37,778 bases of DNA from a virus, in IMG/VR virus record IMGVR_UViG_3300045988_060391, positions 1 through 37,778 of that record; one strand, given 5' to 3'. Numbering within the stretch: position 1 is the first letter of the stretch; each line of letters opens with the position of its first letter. The notes below the pieces were generated by a model, which worked only from the letters and a program-made list of their open reading frames with translations, did not search any database and was not told the origin of the DNA. Below are positions 8,752 to 17,516 of this stretch, one piece after another. A program made the position numbers and the translations under genes.

Positions 8752-9297
8752 TTAGGCCGCGGGGATCTCCTCGATCAGCTCGACCAGAGTGCCGTCGTCG
8801 TCATGCGGCAGGGCCTTGAACTCCGGCTCGATCACGGTGCCAGAATCGGACGCAAAGGTCAGCGTCGCGCCGGCGGTGTTCTTGCCCTTGATCAGGATCC
8901 ACAGGTTGCCGTCGGTCGGGTCCTCGTGCTTGAAGCAGATGGCGTAGTAGCCGCCCTGCGCGTTGCCGGAGCCGCCGATCTTGGTGGTGCGCTTGCCAGC
9001 GGCCTCGGTGCTGCCGCAGCGGTCGATCAGCTTCTGGAGCGTCTTGCCGTTCCAGGTCAGCAGGCCGCACTTGAGGATTGCCTCCTCGCTGGTGGTGATG
9101 ATCTTGGACACGATGCCCAGGTCGTCCTTTTCCTCGTAGGTCTCCTGGGTGTACTCCAGAGACGCCCCGCCCTTGATGTAGCCCAGCAGGTTGTCGTCTA
9201 CGCAGAGGGTGTCCACGGTGGGCATGCTTTCGGAAAACGCCTGCAGGTAGATCTTGCCGGAGCCGAGGGTAATGGTGTCTTTATCACGCTTTGCCAT
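8752..9297 (-). CDS. Major tail protein
   Basis: 181 aa. Assigned from its position after the tail-completion genes and before the chaperones. Confidence 0.75.
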   Translation of the reverse strand: MAKRDKDTITLGSGKIYLQAFSESMPTVDTLCVDDNLLGYIKGGASLEYTQETYEEKDDLGIVSKIITTSEEAILKCGLLTWNGKTLQKLIDRCGSTEAAGKRTTKIGGSGNAQGGYYAICFKHEDPTDGNLWILIKGKNTAGATLTFASDSGTVIEPEFKALPHDDDGTLVELIEEIPAA

Positions 9298-9299
9298 AT

Positions 9300-9620
9300 T
9301 TATGTCCTCCTTTTGGTGTAGTAGGTAAATTCATAGATTACTTGGTAGAGCTGCTCCTCCTGGATCCAGTAGCGTGCCTGCTTGGTCCAGTGCAGCCCCG
9401 CGGCGTCGATGGCCGCCTCGACGGCGGCCTCTGCTTCGGCGTCCGGGGTCGGCGAGTACAGCTCCACCGTGATGTCGTGGGAAAAAACCCGGTTCATGTC
9501 GTCCGGACCGTCCGCGCCCACGTCGTCCATATAGACGGCATAAGTGCCAGCGGGCGGGCGTGTGAACCTGGTCTCCCGGAACTGCACGCCGGACGCGGTC
9601 AAGATATCAATCACGCCCAC
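9300..9620 (-). CDS. Tail completion / tail terminator-like protein
   Basis: GTG start at 9620, preceded by AAGGAGG, overlapping the stop of the upstream gene. The longer ORF-track start at 9731 is rejected. Confidence 0.6.
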   Translation of the reverse strand: MGVIDILTASGVQFRETRFTRPPAGTYAVYMDDVGADGPDDMNRVFSHDITVELYSPTPDAEAEAAVEAAIDAAGLHWTKQARYWIQEEQLYQVIYEFTYYTKRRT

Positions 9621-10029
9621 GGCTGATCGCCTCCTTGATTTTGTTCTCATATTCGGGCAGCACCTGCTGCATGGCGTTCGCCAGGAACGGGTTGGCCCGG
9701 GTCCGGCCGCCGTTCTTCTTGGCGTGCCCATGCACCAGCAGGTGCGTCAGCCGGTGGTCCGGCGGCTTAACATACCAGGCGTAGGTCTTGCCGCGGTTCG
9801 CGCCTCGGCTTTTGGTGACCTCCTTGCTGGCGATGTGCTTCTTGAAGCTGCCACGGTGTCCGACCGGCGCGGTCTGCTTGGTGATCTTGACCAGATCGTC
9901 CGCGGCCTGCTTGCTCGCGGCGTCGATCGCGTCGTTGACCTCCTGGTGCCAGATCGTGAGCGTCTGCTGCACGGCCGTGTCGAGCTCGTCCACCGTGACC
10001 CGGATGTTATCACGCGCCATAGGCTTCAC
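9607..10029 (-). CDS. HK97 gp10-like head-tail joining protein
   Basis: 140 aa, with the motif HLLVHGHAKKNGGRTRANPFL typical of the gp10 family. An alternative ATG start lies at 10020. Confidence 0.7.
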   Translation of the reverse strand: MKPMARDNIRVTVDELDTAVQQTLTIWHQEVNDAIDAASKQAADDLVKITKQTAPVGHRGSFKKHIASKEVTKSRGANRGKTYAWYVKPPDHRLTHLLVHGHAKKNGGRTRANPFLANAMQQVLPEYENKIKEAISRGRD

Positions 10030-10318
10030 CCACCAGCTTGACCGTCCGATGCTGCTCCATGTAGTCGTCGTAGTCCTGGATGTTGAACGTGTGCCCGCGG
10101 TAGACCAGACGGTGCTGCTGCGTGTTGTATGCCACGTCCTCCAGGGCCTTGCACCACTGGAACGTGAAGGTCAGCGTCGGGTGGTACTGATCGGCGCTGG
10201 CGTTGAAGCTCTCGCTGCCTCCAGTCTTGTTGACCTTGATCGCGTGCAGCTTGAGCAGGTCCGCCCACTGCTCGCTCTCTGGGTCCAGGCGCTGAATCGT
10301 CACCGGGATGTAGCTCAT
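10010..10318 (-). CDS. Head-tail adaptor / head closure protein
   Basis: 102 aa. Position and size match the SPP1 gp16/HK97 gp9-type adaptor. Confidence 0.65.
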   Translation of the reverse strand: MSYIPVTIQRLDPESEQWADLLKLHAIKVNKTGGSESFNASADQYHPTLTFTFQWCKALEDVAYNTQQHRLVYRGHTFNIQDYDDYMEQHRTVKLVGEAYGA

Positions 10319-10632
10319 GTCGTCACCGCCTTGGCTTTGGCCGTTGCAAGCTCCAGCCGGAGCTGCAGCTCCATGCCGGCCACCAGGCGCCGCGTAGCGC
10401 CGGAGACTTTGGCGTTCTGGCCGCGCTCGTTGTAAAGGTCCTCGAAGTAAATGAGCGTCAGCTCCTTCACGCGCGGGTCGTTCGGCAGGTAGGTGTCAAC
10501 GTCCTCGCCCACGGCGCCCAGCACAGTCTGCCATGCCGAGGCCAGCGCGCGGGTCGCGTTCGCGTCCACCACCTTGTCAGAATAATCGACGCCGATATAC
10601 AGCAGGGCTTCGTCCTTTGTCACTGTCGGCAT
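10315..10632 (-). CDS. Head-tail connector (gp6-like)
   Basis: 105 aa. It is the first gene after the capsid gene and is preceded by AAGGAGGAG. Confidence 0.65.
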   Translation of the reverse strand: MPTVTKDEALLYIGVDYSDKVVDANATRALASAWQTVLGAVGEDVDTYLPNDPRVKELTLIYFEDLYNERGQNAKVSGATRRLVAGMELQLRLELATAKAKAVTT

Positions 10633-10761
10633 TGGTCTCCTCCTTAGCCGTTGTGTTGGCTTTTCTCCTTTATCCGGTTGCTGTCATGGTCAATGTGTAG
10701 GGGCTTACGCTGCACGCCCCTTTGTAGGAGCACTTTTGCTTTAACTCCTCTCAATTAGTCA

Positions 10762-10786
10762 GCCGGGCGGGTTCTCACCGCCCGGC
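10762..10786 (-). other. GC-rich stem-loop immediately after the capsid gene
   Basis: GCCGGGCGG pairs with CCGCCCGGC around a 7-nt loop. No U-tract follows on the sense strand. Confidence 0.4.
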
Positions 10787-10798
10787 CTTTAATCCGGA

Positions 10799-11935
10799 TC
10801 AGGACCCAGTCGTCTGCGCCGGCGTCGCGGAGAACTTGGCGTAGATGTACGCCGACGTGTCGGTGCTCATGGTGTCGAAGCCCTCGATCACGCGGAGGCA
10901 ATTCTGGTTCTTGTTGAACAGGTAAGAACCGTCCAGCGTGAACTCCAGGTTCTTGTGCTCGACGAACGTGCAGCCGGCCTTCGTGCTGCCGTAAATCAGC
11001 GGGAAGTGCGTGGTGTCGATGTTGGCCAGCTGGGCGTCAGGGAACACGCGAATGGGCAGGCCCTGGAAGAGCTTCTGCGTCGGGTTGGCCGGGTTCGGCT
11101 GAAGCACCGGGCGACCATCGTTGTCCTCCTCGGCGTCCAGGCAGGCGAAGCCGCTCTGGTTGGTGATGATCACGCCGTCAAGCAGGCAGCTGGGATCGAG
11201 GTCCACGGTGATGGACTTCTTGAGGGCCTTCCAGCCAACGATCGCCTTAGGCGCGCCGCTGGCGTACCCCGCCTTGAGCTTGGTGAAGATCGCCGCGTTC
11301 TCGGACAGAACGGCGTTCTTGACGAACCAGCGGTTCAGGTAGCCCATGAGGCCGGCCTTCTCAGCGCCCAGCAGGATGCGGGACACGGGGATCAGCTTGC
11401 CGAACCAGCCGATCGTGAACGTCTTCTTCACGAAGGTCGGGTTGGTCTCCTCGGTGATGGCGTCGCCGTCATCGAACGCGGTCAGGCCGGCGGGCGTGCC
11501 GCTCTCGTAGTTGACGGAACCAGCCAGAGAATCAGTCGTCTCGACGGTCACGAGGTCCTTGGCGGAGACGTAGGTCTTGCGCAGCTCGTTGATCTCGGCG
11601 CGGACGTCGTCAGGCACGAGGTAGTTCTCGCCGCTCGCGGCGTCGGTGCCGGAAATGAGCGCCTTCTCGTTCTCGTCGAGCGGCTTGCCGGCCACGATCT
11701 TGGCCATGGCCTTGAAGCCGTCAGCGGCGCCGGCGGGCTTGGGGTCGGCAGGCACCTGGCCCTTGCCGGCCTTGGCCATGCGCTCCTCCAGGTCGAACTC
11801 CTTCTGCAGCTCGTCGATCTGGTTCATGATCTCCTCGGCCTTGCCGAGGTCCTTGGTCTCGCCCTCCATGAAGGACTTGGCGGACGCAGTCAGCTCCAGG
11901 ATCTGGGCCTGCAGCTCTCGCATTTTCTTGTTCAT
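10799..11935 (-). CDS. Major capsid protein, HK97 family, with N-terminal coiled-coil delta domain
   Basis: ATG at 11935, preceded by GAGGAG. The N-terminus MNKKMRELQAQILELTASAK is coiled-coil. The gene follows the protease. Confidence 0.9.
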   Translation of the reverse strand: MNKKMRELQAQILELTASAKSFMEGETKDLGKAEEIMNQIDELQKEFDLEERMAKAGKGQVPADPKPAGAADGFKAMAKIVAGKPLDENEKALISGTDAASGENYLVPDDVRAEINELRKTYVSAKDLVTVETTDSLAGSVNYESGTPAGLTAFDDGDAITEETNPTFVKKTFTIGWFGKLIPVSRILLGAEKAGLMGYLNRWFVKNAVLSENAAIFTKLKAGYASGAPKAIVGWKALKKSITVDLDPSCLLDGVIITNQSGFACLDAEEDNDGRPVLQPNPANPTQKLFQGLPIRVFPDAQLANIDTTHFPLIYGSTKAGCTFVEHKNLEFTLDGSYLFNKNQNCLRVIEGFDTMSTDTSAYIYAKFSATPAQTTGS

Positions 11936-11949
11936 GTTTTGGTCTCCTC

Positions 11950-12726
11950 TCAAATTTTGATTTTGTTTTTGATCTCCACGAGACGGGCGCGGAGCGCCAG
12001 CTCGGTGGCTTTCGTGTCCGGTGCTGGGTCGGGCTCATCGTTCGGCTCGTACATGACCTCGCCGGTGTAGCTCTTAGACACGCCGGCGGCACGCTGCGCG
12101 GGAACGGCCACCAGACTGAACTCGTAGGCGTCAGTGGCGCCGTCCAGCTTGAAGGTGCAGACCGTCGGGCCGCCTTCCTTGTCGTAGGTCTTACCCGGCC
12201 AGTGACGGCAGTAGGTCTTGGCGTTATCCGTGCCGCAGATGCTGCAGATCGCGGACGACGCGCGGAAGCCGACGCTGCCTTCCTTCTTGATGCCGGCCTT
12301 GATCTCGGTGATCAGGTCCTTGTTGCTCTCGGTTCGCACCATGTAGGCGTGCGCCTTGAGCTGCACATAGGCCTCGCCGCTCTTGGTGACTGTCTTGTCC
12401 GACGCCACGAGCTCCGTGGCGTAGATGCGGGCCACCTGGTTGTCGGCGCTGGCGTAGTGGTCCTTGATGACGGTCTTGCCGATGAAGAGCTTCTGCAGCT
12501 CTTTCAGCGCCTTGACGGTGAAGTGCTCGTGCTGGCGGTCCACCTCGTTGTCGCACAGGACAGCGGAGAAGGTGAACACGTCCTCAGCTGCCAGCGGCTC
12601 CAGGGTGTACTTGTTGATCGCCCGCAGCTCGGCCTCCGTGACCTCCTGGGCCTCCAGTGCCGCAGCCTTGTAGATCAGCCCGGCAGGATCTCGCTCAGGG
12701 CCTCGGTTATCGCGGTTTTTATCCAT
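11950..12726 (-). CDS. Prohead maturation protease (HK97/S78-like)
   Basis: 258 aa between portal and capsid. It has a candidate His (VIKDH) and Ser (KEGSVGF) and a strong RBS, GAGGAGGA. Confidence 0.65.
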   Translation of the reverse strand: MDKNRDNRGPERDPAGLIYKAAALEAQEVTEAELRAINKYTLEPLAAEDVFTFSAVLCDNEVDRQHEHFTVKALKELQKLFIGKTVIKDHYASADNQVARIYATELVASDKTVTKSGEAYVQLKAHAYMVRTESNKDLITEIKAGIKKEGSVGFRASSAICSICGTDNAKTYCRHWPGKTYDKEGGPTVCTFKLDGATDAYEFSLVAVPAQRAAGVSKSYTGEVMYEPNDEPDPAPDTKATELALRARLVEIKNKIKI

Positions 12727-13997
12727 GCTTTGTCCTCCTCTCTCGTCGTTGTGGCCGCAGGCACCGCAGCCTGCGTATATTGCGCCCCGGTGAACTGCAC
12801 CGGGATCGCTGCACCGTTGCCCAGGAGGTTGTCCCCGCCTTCCTTGTGCGGCAGGTCGAGGCGCTCACGGGCTTCGTTCGGTGTCATGAGGAAGTTGGAC
12901 ACGGCCGCGCTCAGCGTGTTGATCTGGGTCTGCTGGTCAGCTCTCAGCAGCACGCTGGTGTTGAACTTGGTCACAAAGCCGGCCGCGGCCTCGCCGTCGA
13001 GCAGGAGCTTCCACTGGAGCTCCTCCTCGTACTGCTTAATGTTAAAGAGCAGCGTGTCCACCAGGAAGCTCAGCTGCTGCGCTTCGGCGTTGGCGTAGCT
13101 GCTCTTGGAATAGTCGCCGACCTGGTTGGGCTTCACGCCGAAGGCGGCGGCGATCTGGAGGGCGCTGTACTGCTTGACCTCCAGGAACTGACTGTCGGCC
13201 AACTTGAGGCTGAGCGGCGTCAGCGTCATGCCGATGGGCATGGGTATGATGTTCTCGATGCCTTTGCTCTTGAGCTCGCCCTTGGCGTAGGACTCGATGC
13301 CCTTGGTCAGCTGCTCGACGCTGGCGTCTTTCAGGTTTCCGGTGTACTGCAGCACGGCCTTGGCAGTCATGCCGCTGTCGTACATCTTGTTCACCATCTT
13401 CTGGGCCTTGATGTTGCCCTGGATGGTGCTGGCCAGCTGCTCGCGCACGGACACGCCGACCAGGCCGTCGAGCGTCTGGTGGCTCTTGAAGTGCAGGATC
13501 TCCTCGCTGCCGTATGTAATGGTGCCGGCGGCGGTGCTGTAGACGTAGTAGACGTCCGGCAGATCACTCAGCTGCCTGGCGTCGTCGTACCAGACCTGCA
13601 TGCTGCGCGGATCCAGCGGCCACAGCTGTGGGTGCTCTCTGTCGCTCTCGTCGATCAGCGCGTAGGCGTTGCCGAAGTGGTTGCGGCAGTATTCCATATA
13701 AGTCCAGAACACGCTGGCGCTCATGAAGCGGTTGGGCCGCTCGTTCAGCGTCCGGTAGTAGCGGTGGCCACGGGCCGGCGTGACGCCGCGATCCGGGGTG
13801 GCCTGCATGAGCCGCAGCGGCAGCTTGCCGATGCTCTCGCTCAGCACCTTGATGCAGGCGAAGTAGGTGGCCTCACTCAGCTCACTGTTGGCGACGCCAT
13901 GCACGCCGAGCCAGTTGAGCAGCTGGTCGAGCGTCATCTGCTCGGACGTGTCCGCGCTTTTCCTGCGGCGGCTGCGCAGGCGGTCAAAAAATCCCAT
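12675..13997 (-). CDS. Portal protein (HK97 family)
   Basis: 440 aa after TerL. The 3' end overlaps the protease start by 52 nt. Confidence 0.9.
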   Translation of the reverse strand: MGFFDRLRSRRRKSADTSEQMTLDQLLNWLGVHGVANSELSEATYFACIKVLSESIGKLPLRLMQATPDRGVTPARGHRYYRTLNERPNRFMSASVFWTYMEYCRNHFGNAYALIDESDREHPQLWPLDPRSMQVWYDDARQLSDLPDVYYVYSTAAGTITYGSEEILHFKSHQTLDGLVGVSVREQLASTIQGNIKAQKMVNKMYDSGMTAKAVLQYTGNLKDASVEQLTKGIESYAKGELKSKGIENIIPMPIGMTLTPLSLKLADSQFLEVKQYSALQIAAAFGVKPNQVGDYSKSSYANAEAQQLSFLVDTLLFNIKQYEEELQWKLLLDGEAAAGFVTKFNTSVLLRADQQTQINTLSAAVSNFLMTPNEARERLDLPHKEGGDNLLGNGAAIPVQFTGAQYTQAAVPAATTTREEDKAWIKTAITEALSEILPG

Positions 13998-14015
13998 TGT
14001 TTGCTCCTCTCCTTT

Positions 14016-15746
14016 TTACTTCCAGCCCATGAGGGCGAGGTAGTTGTCCAGCTCGCCGTCCACGTCCACGGTGGTCTCGCCGCCGTTGGTTATCAGCATG
14101 AGCGCGTGGGCGTCGATCAGGGCGTCCACCGGGTCGATGCGCTTGAAACGTGCGCCCGGTTTCTTGTCCACCTTGATCTCCTCGAAGCTGTTCCTCACGA
14201 TCGCGGCGTTGACCATGGACCAGGTCAGCAGCTCGTTGGTCCGGTCATATTCCAGCCGCTGGCCTTTTGTCAGCAGCTGCACGGCCACGGTGGCGTCGTT
14301 CAGGCTGCGGGCCGACTGCGTGATCGTCACGACCGGGCAGCCGAGCGCCTCCAGGTCCTGCATGATGCCGGCCGCGTTGTGCGGGTCGACGCCGATGCCC
14401 AGGAAGTTGAGCCCGAAGTGGTCGCGGATCTCGGCCAAATGCGACACGATGAATTTGTAGTCGTTCATGAAGTCCGTGGACCCGCCGGTGACGGTGATCA
14501 AGCCGGCGGCTTCCCATAGGTCATACGGCGCCAGGTCCGTCTCGACGTGCTCGTCCAGGCGGCCGCGCGGCATGAAGCTGTGGCTGTAGAGGTAGTACTT
14601 CTCGCCGATCGGAAACTCCAGGGTCAGCGTGGTCAGGTCTCCACCGCTGGACAAGTCGAGCCCGACCCAGCAGTCGCGGTTCCCGGCGGCCACGATGTCG
14701 GCCAGGCTCCGGTCGGATCCGCAGGCTTTCCACGCCTCCGGGTCGATGAACTGGTCGTCCGTGTTTTTCACCCACATGTTGAGGCACTTGGTCAAGAAGT
14801 CGCGCAGCTCACTACCGCCCATGTCTCGGGCCGTCTGTGCGTCCTGCCGCAGCGTCTCCATGCGCTCCTCGTCCAGGCACAGGAACGGGTTGGCCTTGAT
14901 CCAGTTGGCCTCGTCCCAGATGTCGTCGCCGGGGTCGAGGCAATAGATGTCGATAAAAAAATCCTCCGCGGTTGTGAGCCCGCGCAGGACCTTGACGGCA
15001 TAGTCGTCCATCTCCTTGCAGAAGCTGTTCAGCTGATCGCCTCGCGTGGTGATCATGCTGACAAGCGTCTCCGGGAGGGACCTGGTGCCGTTGTATATTG
15101 CTTTATAAATTTTATTATCCTTGTGCTGGTGCAGCTCGTCGATGCTGGAGAAGATGCTGCGGAAGCCGTCGTCCAGACCGGCCTCGCGGCTCAGGGCCTC
15201 GATCGTGCAGTGCGTTTCCGTGGCCTCGATGGTGCTCTTGTAGTCCTTCACGCGGAACAGCTCGCCGAGGTCCGGGTCGATGCCGACGAACTTGCTCATC
15301 TCCTCCCAGGCCAGCCGCGCCTGCCGCTTCTTGGTGCCGACCGTGAACAGCTTGCCGTGGCGATAGCCGGAGAAGCCGGCGATGTAGGTGCCCAGGATGC
15401 CGTTCTCGAAGGTCTTGCCGTTCTGGCGGGCCATGGACTTGTAGCGGCGACGAAAGCGCCGCTTGTCGTTGGCCACCTTCTTCCAGCCAAAGGTGCAGCC
15501 GATGTCGAAGGCCTGGGTCTCGGTCAGCCGGACCGGCTTGGGCTCGGCGCCCTCGGCGATCGTCAGCGTCTCCGCGTAGGCGAGCACCTGCTCGGACGCT
15601 TCCGCGTCCCAGTAGTATGGAAACTCCTCGGTACGCTGCCGGCTCAGATCGCGCAGATGGCGCTGACAGGCAAGCCTGTGCAGCTCACCGTGCCCTGGCG
15701 CTCCGGCGACGACGGCCCGCGCGTGTTCGGTGCAGCGGTCTCTCAT
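14016..15746 (-). CDS. terL: Terminase large subunit
   Basis: 576 aa with an ATGA overlap to TerS. The layout is Terminase_1-like, with an ATPase followed by a nuclease. Confidence 0.9.
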   Translation of the reverse strand: MRDRCTEHARAVVAGAPGHGELHRLACQRHLRDLSRQRTEEFPYYWDAEASEQVLAYAETLTIAEGAEPKPVRLTETQAFDIGCTFGWKKVANDKRRFRRRYKSMARQNGKTFENGILGTYIAGFSGYRHGKLFTVGTKKRQARLAWEEMSKFVGIDPDLGELFRVKDYKSTIEATETHCTIEALSREAGLDDGFRSIFSSIDELHQHKDNKIYKAIYNGTRSLPETLVSMITTRGDQLNSFCKEMDDYAVKVLRGLTTAEDFFIDIYCLDPGDDIWDEANWIKANPFLCLDEERMETLRQDAQTARDMGGSELRDFLTKCLNMWVKNTDDQFIDPEAWKACGSDRSLADIVAAGNRDCWVGLDLSSGGDLTTLTLEFPIGEKYYLYSHSFMPRGRLDEHVETDLAPYDLWEAAGLITVTGGSTDFMNDYKFIVSHLAEIRDHFGLNFLGIGVDPHNAAGIMQDLEALGCPVVTITQSARSLNDATVAVQLLTKGQRLEYDRTNELLTWSMVNAAIVRNSFEEIKVDKKPGARFKRIDPVDALIDAHALMLITNGGETTVDVDGELDNYLALMGWK

Positions 15747-16252
15747 TCATCCCCCGCCGCCTTTCCGAAGCGGGCGAACTTGTTGACCTTTGGTTCCTCC
15801 TCGGTGACCGGCACCTGCAGCTTGCAGCGTGAGCTGATTGTCAGGCCGAGCGCAGCCGCAGCGGTCTGGGCCTGCTTGAAGTAACGGTCGCACCGCTTGT
15901 CCAGCGTGTCCAGCATGGTCGCCCAGGTCAGCAGCTCCTCCGCGTCGACGTTCTTCGGCCGCTGCTTCTGCAGCGAGCGGAGATCCTTCACAGTCAGGAC
16001 ATAAAGGTCCTGGGCTGTCAAGTAGCGGGCCAGGGTGTCGCAGTCTGTCTCCCCGAAGATCCCGATCTTCTGCAGCTGGCCCGCTATCGTGTCAAACTGT
16101 TTTTTTTGTTTGGCCGTCAAGAAGGACGGCGCGACGATCTCGTCGGTGCAGGGCTTGACCTCCTGGGCCCGGCGTGTCGCGATCTCTTCCTTTGTCAGGT
16201 GTTTCTTGCCGTTTGCAATGACCAGCTCTATCGGCTGGCGCGGTCCTGCCAT
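15743..16252 (-). CDS. terS: Terminase small subunit (P27 family-like)
   Basis: 169 aa directly upstream of and coupled to TerL. RBS GAGGAGGA. Confidence 0.8.
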   Translation of the reverse strand: MAGPRQPIELVIANGKKHLTKEEIATRRAQEVKPCTDEIVAPSFLTAKQKKQFDTIAGQLQKIGIFGETDCDTLARYLTAQDLYVLTVKDLRSLQKQRPKNVDAEELLTWATMLDTLDKRCDRYFKQAQTAAAALGLTISSRCKLQVPVTEEEPKVNKFARFGKAAGDE

Positions 16253-16274
16253 GCTGTCGTCCTCCTCTCTGTGT

Positions 16275-17003
16275 TTATTTCAGCAGCCGGTTGACCTCGG
16301 CCTGTACCTGGTTATAAAACCACGCGCCGAGCTTCTGCTTTCTTTCCTCGCCGTTGCCCCACTTGGCGTCGATGACATCCCGCGCCATTGCCGTGATGTT
16401 CACCGTCTTGTCCGATATCTCCGGCAGCGGCTCGCCGTCGAAGTAGGACAGCGGCACATGCATGAGGTCAAGATCGAGCGGGTCGCCACGGTACTGGTGC
16501 ATGACACACTGCCCGCTCAAATCGGGATAATTTACCCCGTCATTCTGGCCCCAGGCGGCGATCCACTTGTCGAAGCCGGTCTCGCCGATTTTTGTGCCGA
16601 ACCAGCTCAGGCTGGCGTACACGCCGGTCATGTTCCCTGCGTCCTTCATCGCCTGGCAGAACGTCTTGCACATGTCTGTGATTGTAGCGTTCGAGGGGAA
16701 GCCGTGCTGCATCTTGTAGCCGTCGGCGTCCTCCATATCAAACCACACGCCGAGGCGGGGCTTGCGACCGTTGAGGAAGCGCAGACACCGCTCAGCCTCC
16801 AGCTTGGCCGTCTGCATGTTCAGCGCATAGCTGTACCAGTAGACGCCCCACGGGATACCGAGCGCGTCGCATTTGGCAATGTTGCGCTCTGCCCATGGGT
16901 CTACGGTGCGCACGCCGTAGCCCCCGCGGAGGATGACAAAGCCGTCTTTGTATGGTGTCAGGTCAATGTCACCCTGCCACTGGGAAATGTCTATACCGTT
17001 CAT
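16275..17003 (-). CDS. Endolysin: GH25 muramidase with a C-terminal Cpl-7-like wall-binding repeat
   Basis: The start at 17003 is set by an ATGA overlap with the upstream stop. It carries MNGIDISQWQG (a GH25 hallmark) and the C-terminal sequence VIDAKWGNGEERKQKLG...VQAEVNRLL. No signal peptide. Confidence 0.85.
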   Translation of the reverse strand: MNGIDISQWQGDIDLTPYKDGFVILRGGYGVRTVDPWAERNIAKCDALGIPWGVYWYSYALNMQTAKLEAERCLRFLNGRKPRLGVWFDMEDADGYKMQHGFPSNATITDMCKTFCQAMKDAGNMTGVYASLSWFGTKIGETGFDKWIAAWGQNDGVNYPDLSGQCVMHQYRGDPLDLDLMHVPLSYFDGEPLPEISDKTVNITAMARDVIDAKWGNGEERKQKLGAWFYNQVQAEVNRLLK

Positions 17004-17506
17004 TTCCATGTCCCTCCAACCTTGATTTTTGCCACGGCGTCCTTCCAGACGCCGCCGATCTTGACCTTGACCTGTGCTGGCTTCCATACGCCGCCAATTT
17101 TCACGTAAACCGTAGCGCCGAACAACGCAGGCGCGGTAAAGGTCGCGGTTTGGACGGCGACCGCGGCGGAAACGCCGCCGACCTTTGCGGTTATCGTTAC
17201 GCCCTCTCCGGCTTCACCGACGAAATAGAACGTTGTCGTTCCTTTTGATACGTCGAAGGACGTGTCCGCCGTGCCGGTAACGCCGCCAATGTCGCACCGG
17301 AGCGTCCATTTGTTTGGAGGGTAGTATGTGCCGTATTCGCCATTGTCGCTCGTGAGCACTGCTTTAATGGCAAACTGCCCGCCATTCAGTCGTGCGATAT
17401 ACAGTTTTCCGGTAAGTCTCCAATGGTTCGAGACTCCCGAAATACTTTTTTCCTGCTCCCAAGCGCTTCCCGACGGCAGCGTCGGAGCGGTCTGTGACCA
17501 CGCCAT
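17000..17506 (-). CDS. Fiber-associated protein with C-terminal GGxWK tandem repeats
   Basis: 168 aa ending VYVKIGGVWKPAQ / VKVKIGGVWKDAV / AKIKVGGTWK. It is coupled to the lysin gene. Confidence 0.5.
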   Translation of the reverse strand: MAWSQTAPTLPSGSAWEQEKSISGVSNHWRLTGKLYIARLNGGQFAIKAVLTSDNGEYGTYYPPNKWTLRCDIGGVTGTADTSFDVSKGTTTFYFVGEAGEGVTITAKVGGVSAAVAVQTATFTAPALFGATVYVKIGGVWKPAQVKVKIGGVWKDAVAKIKVGGTWK

Positions 17507-17516
17507 TCAGCTCACC

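Noticed and set aside
10633-10798. A small ORF or terminator in the 166-bp gap after the capsid gene
   Set aside because: Only 5-30 codon ORFs with poor RBS spacing are present. The GC hairpins lack a following U-tract, so they are recorded only as a stem-loop and not as a terminator or gene.
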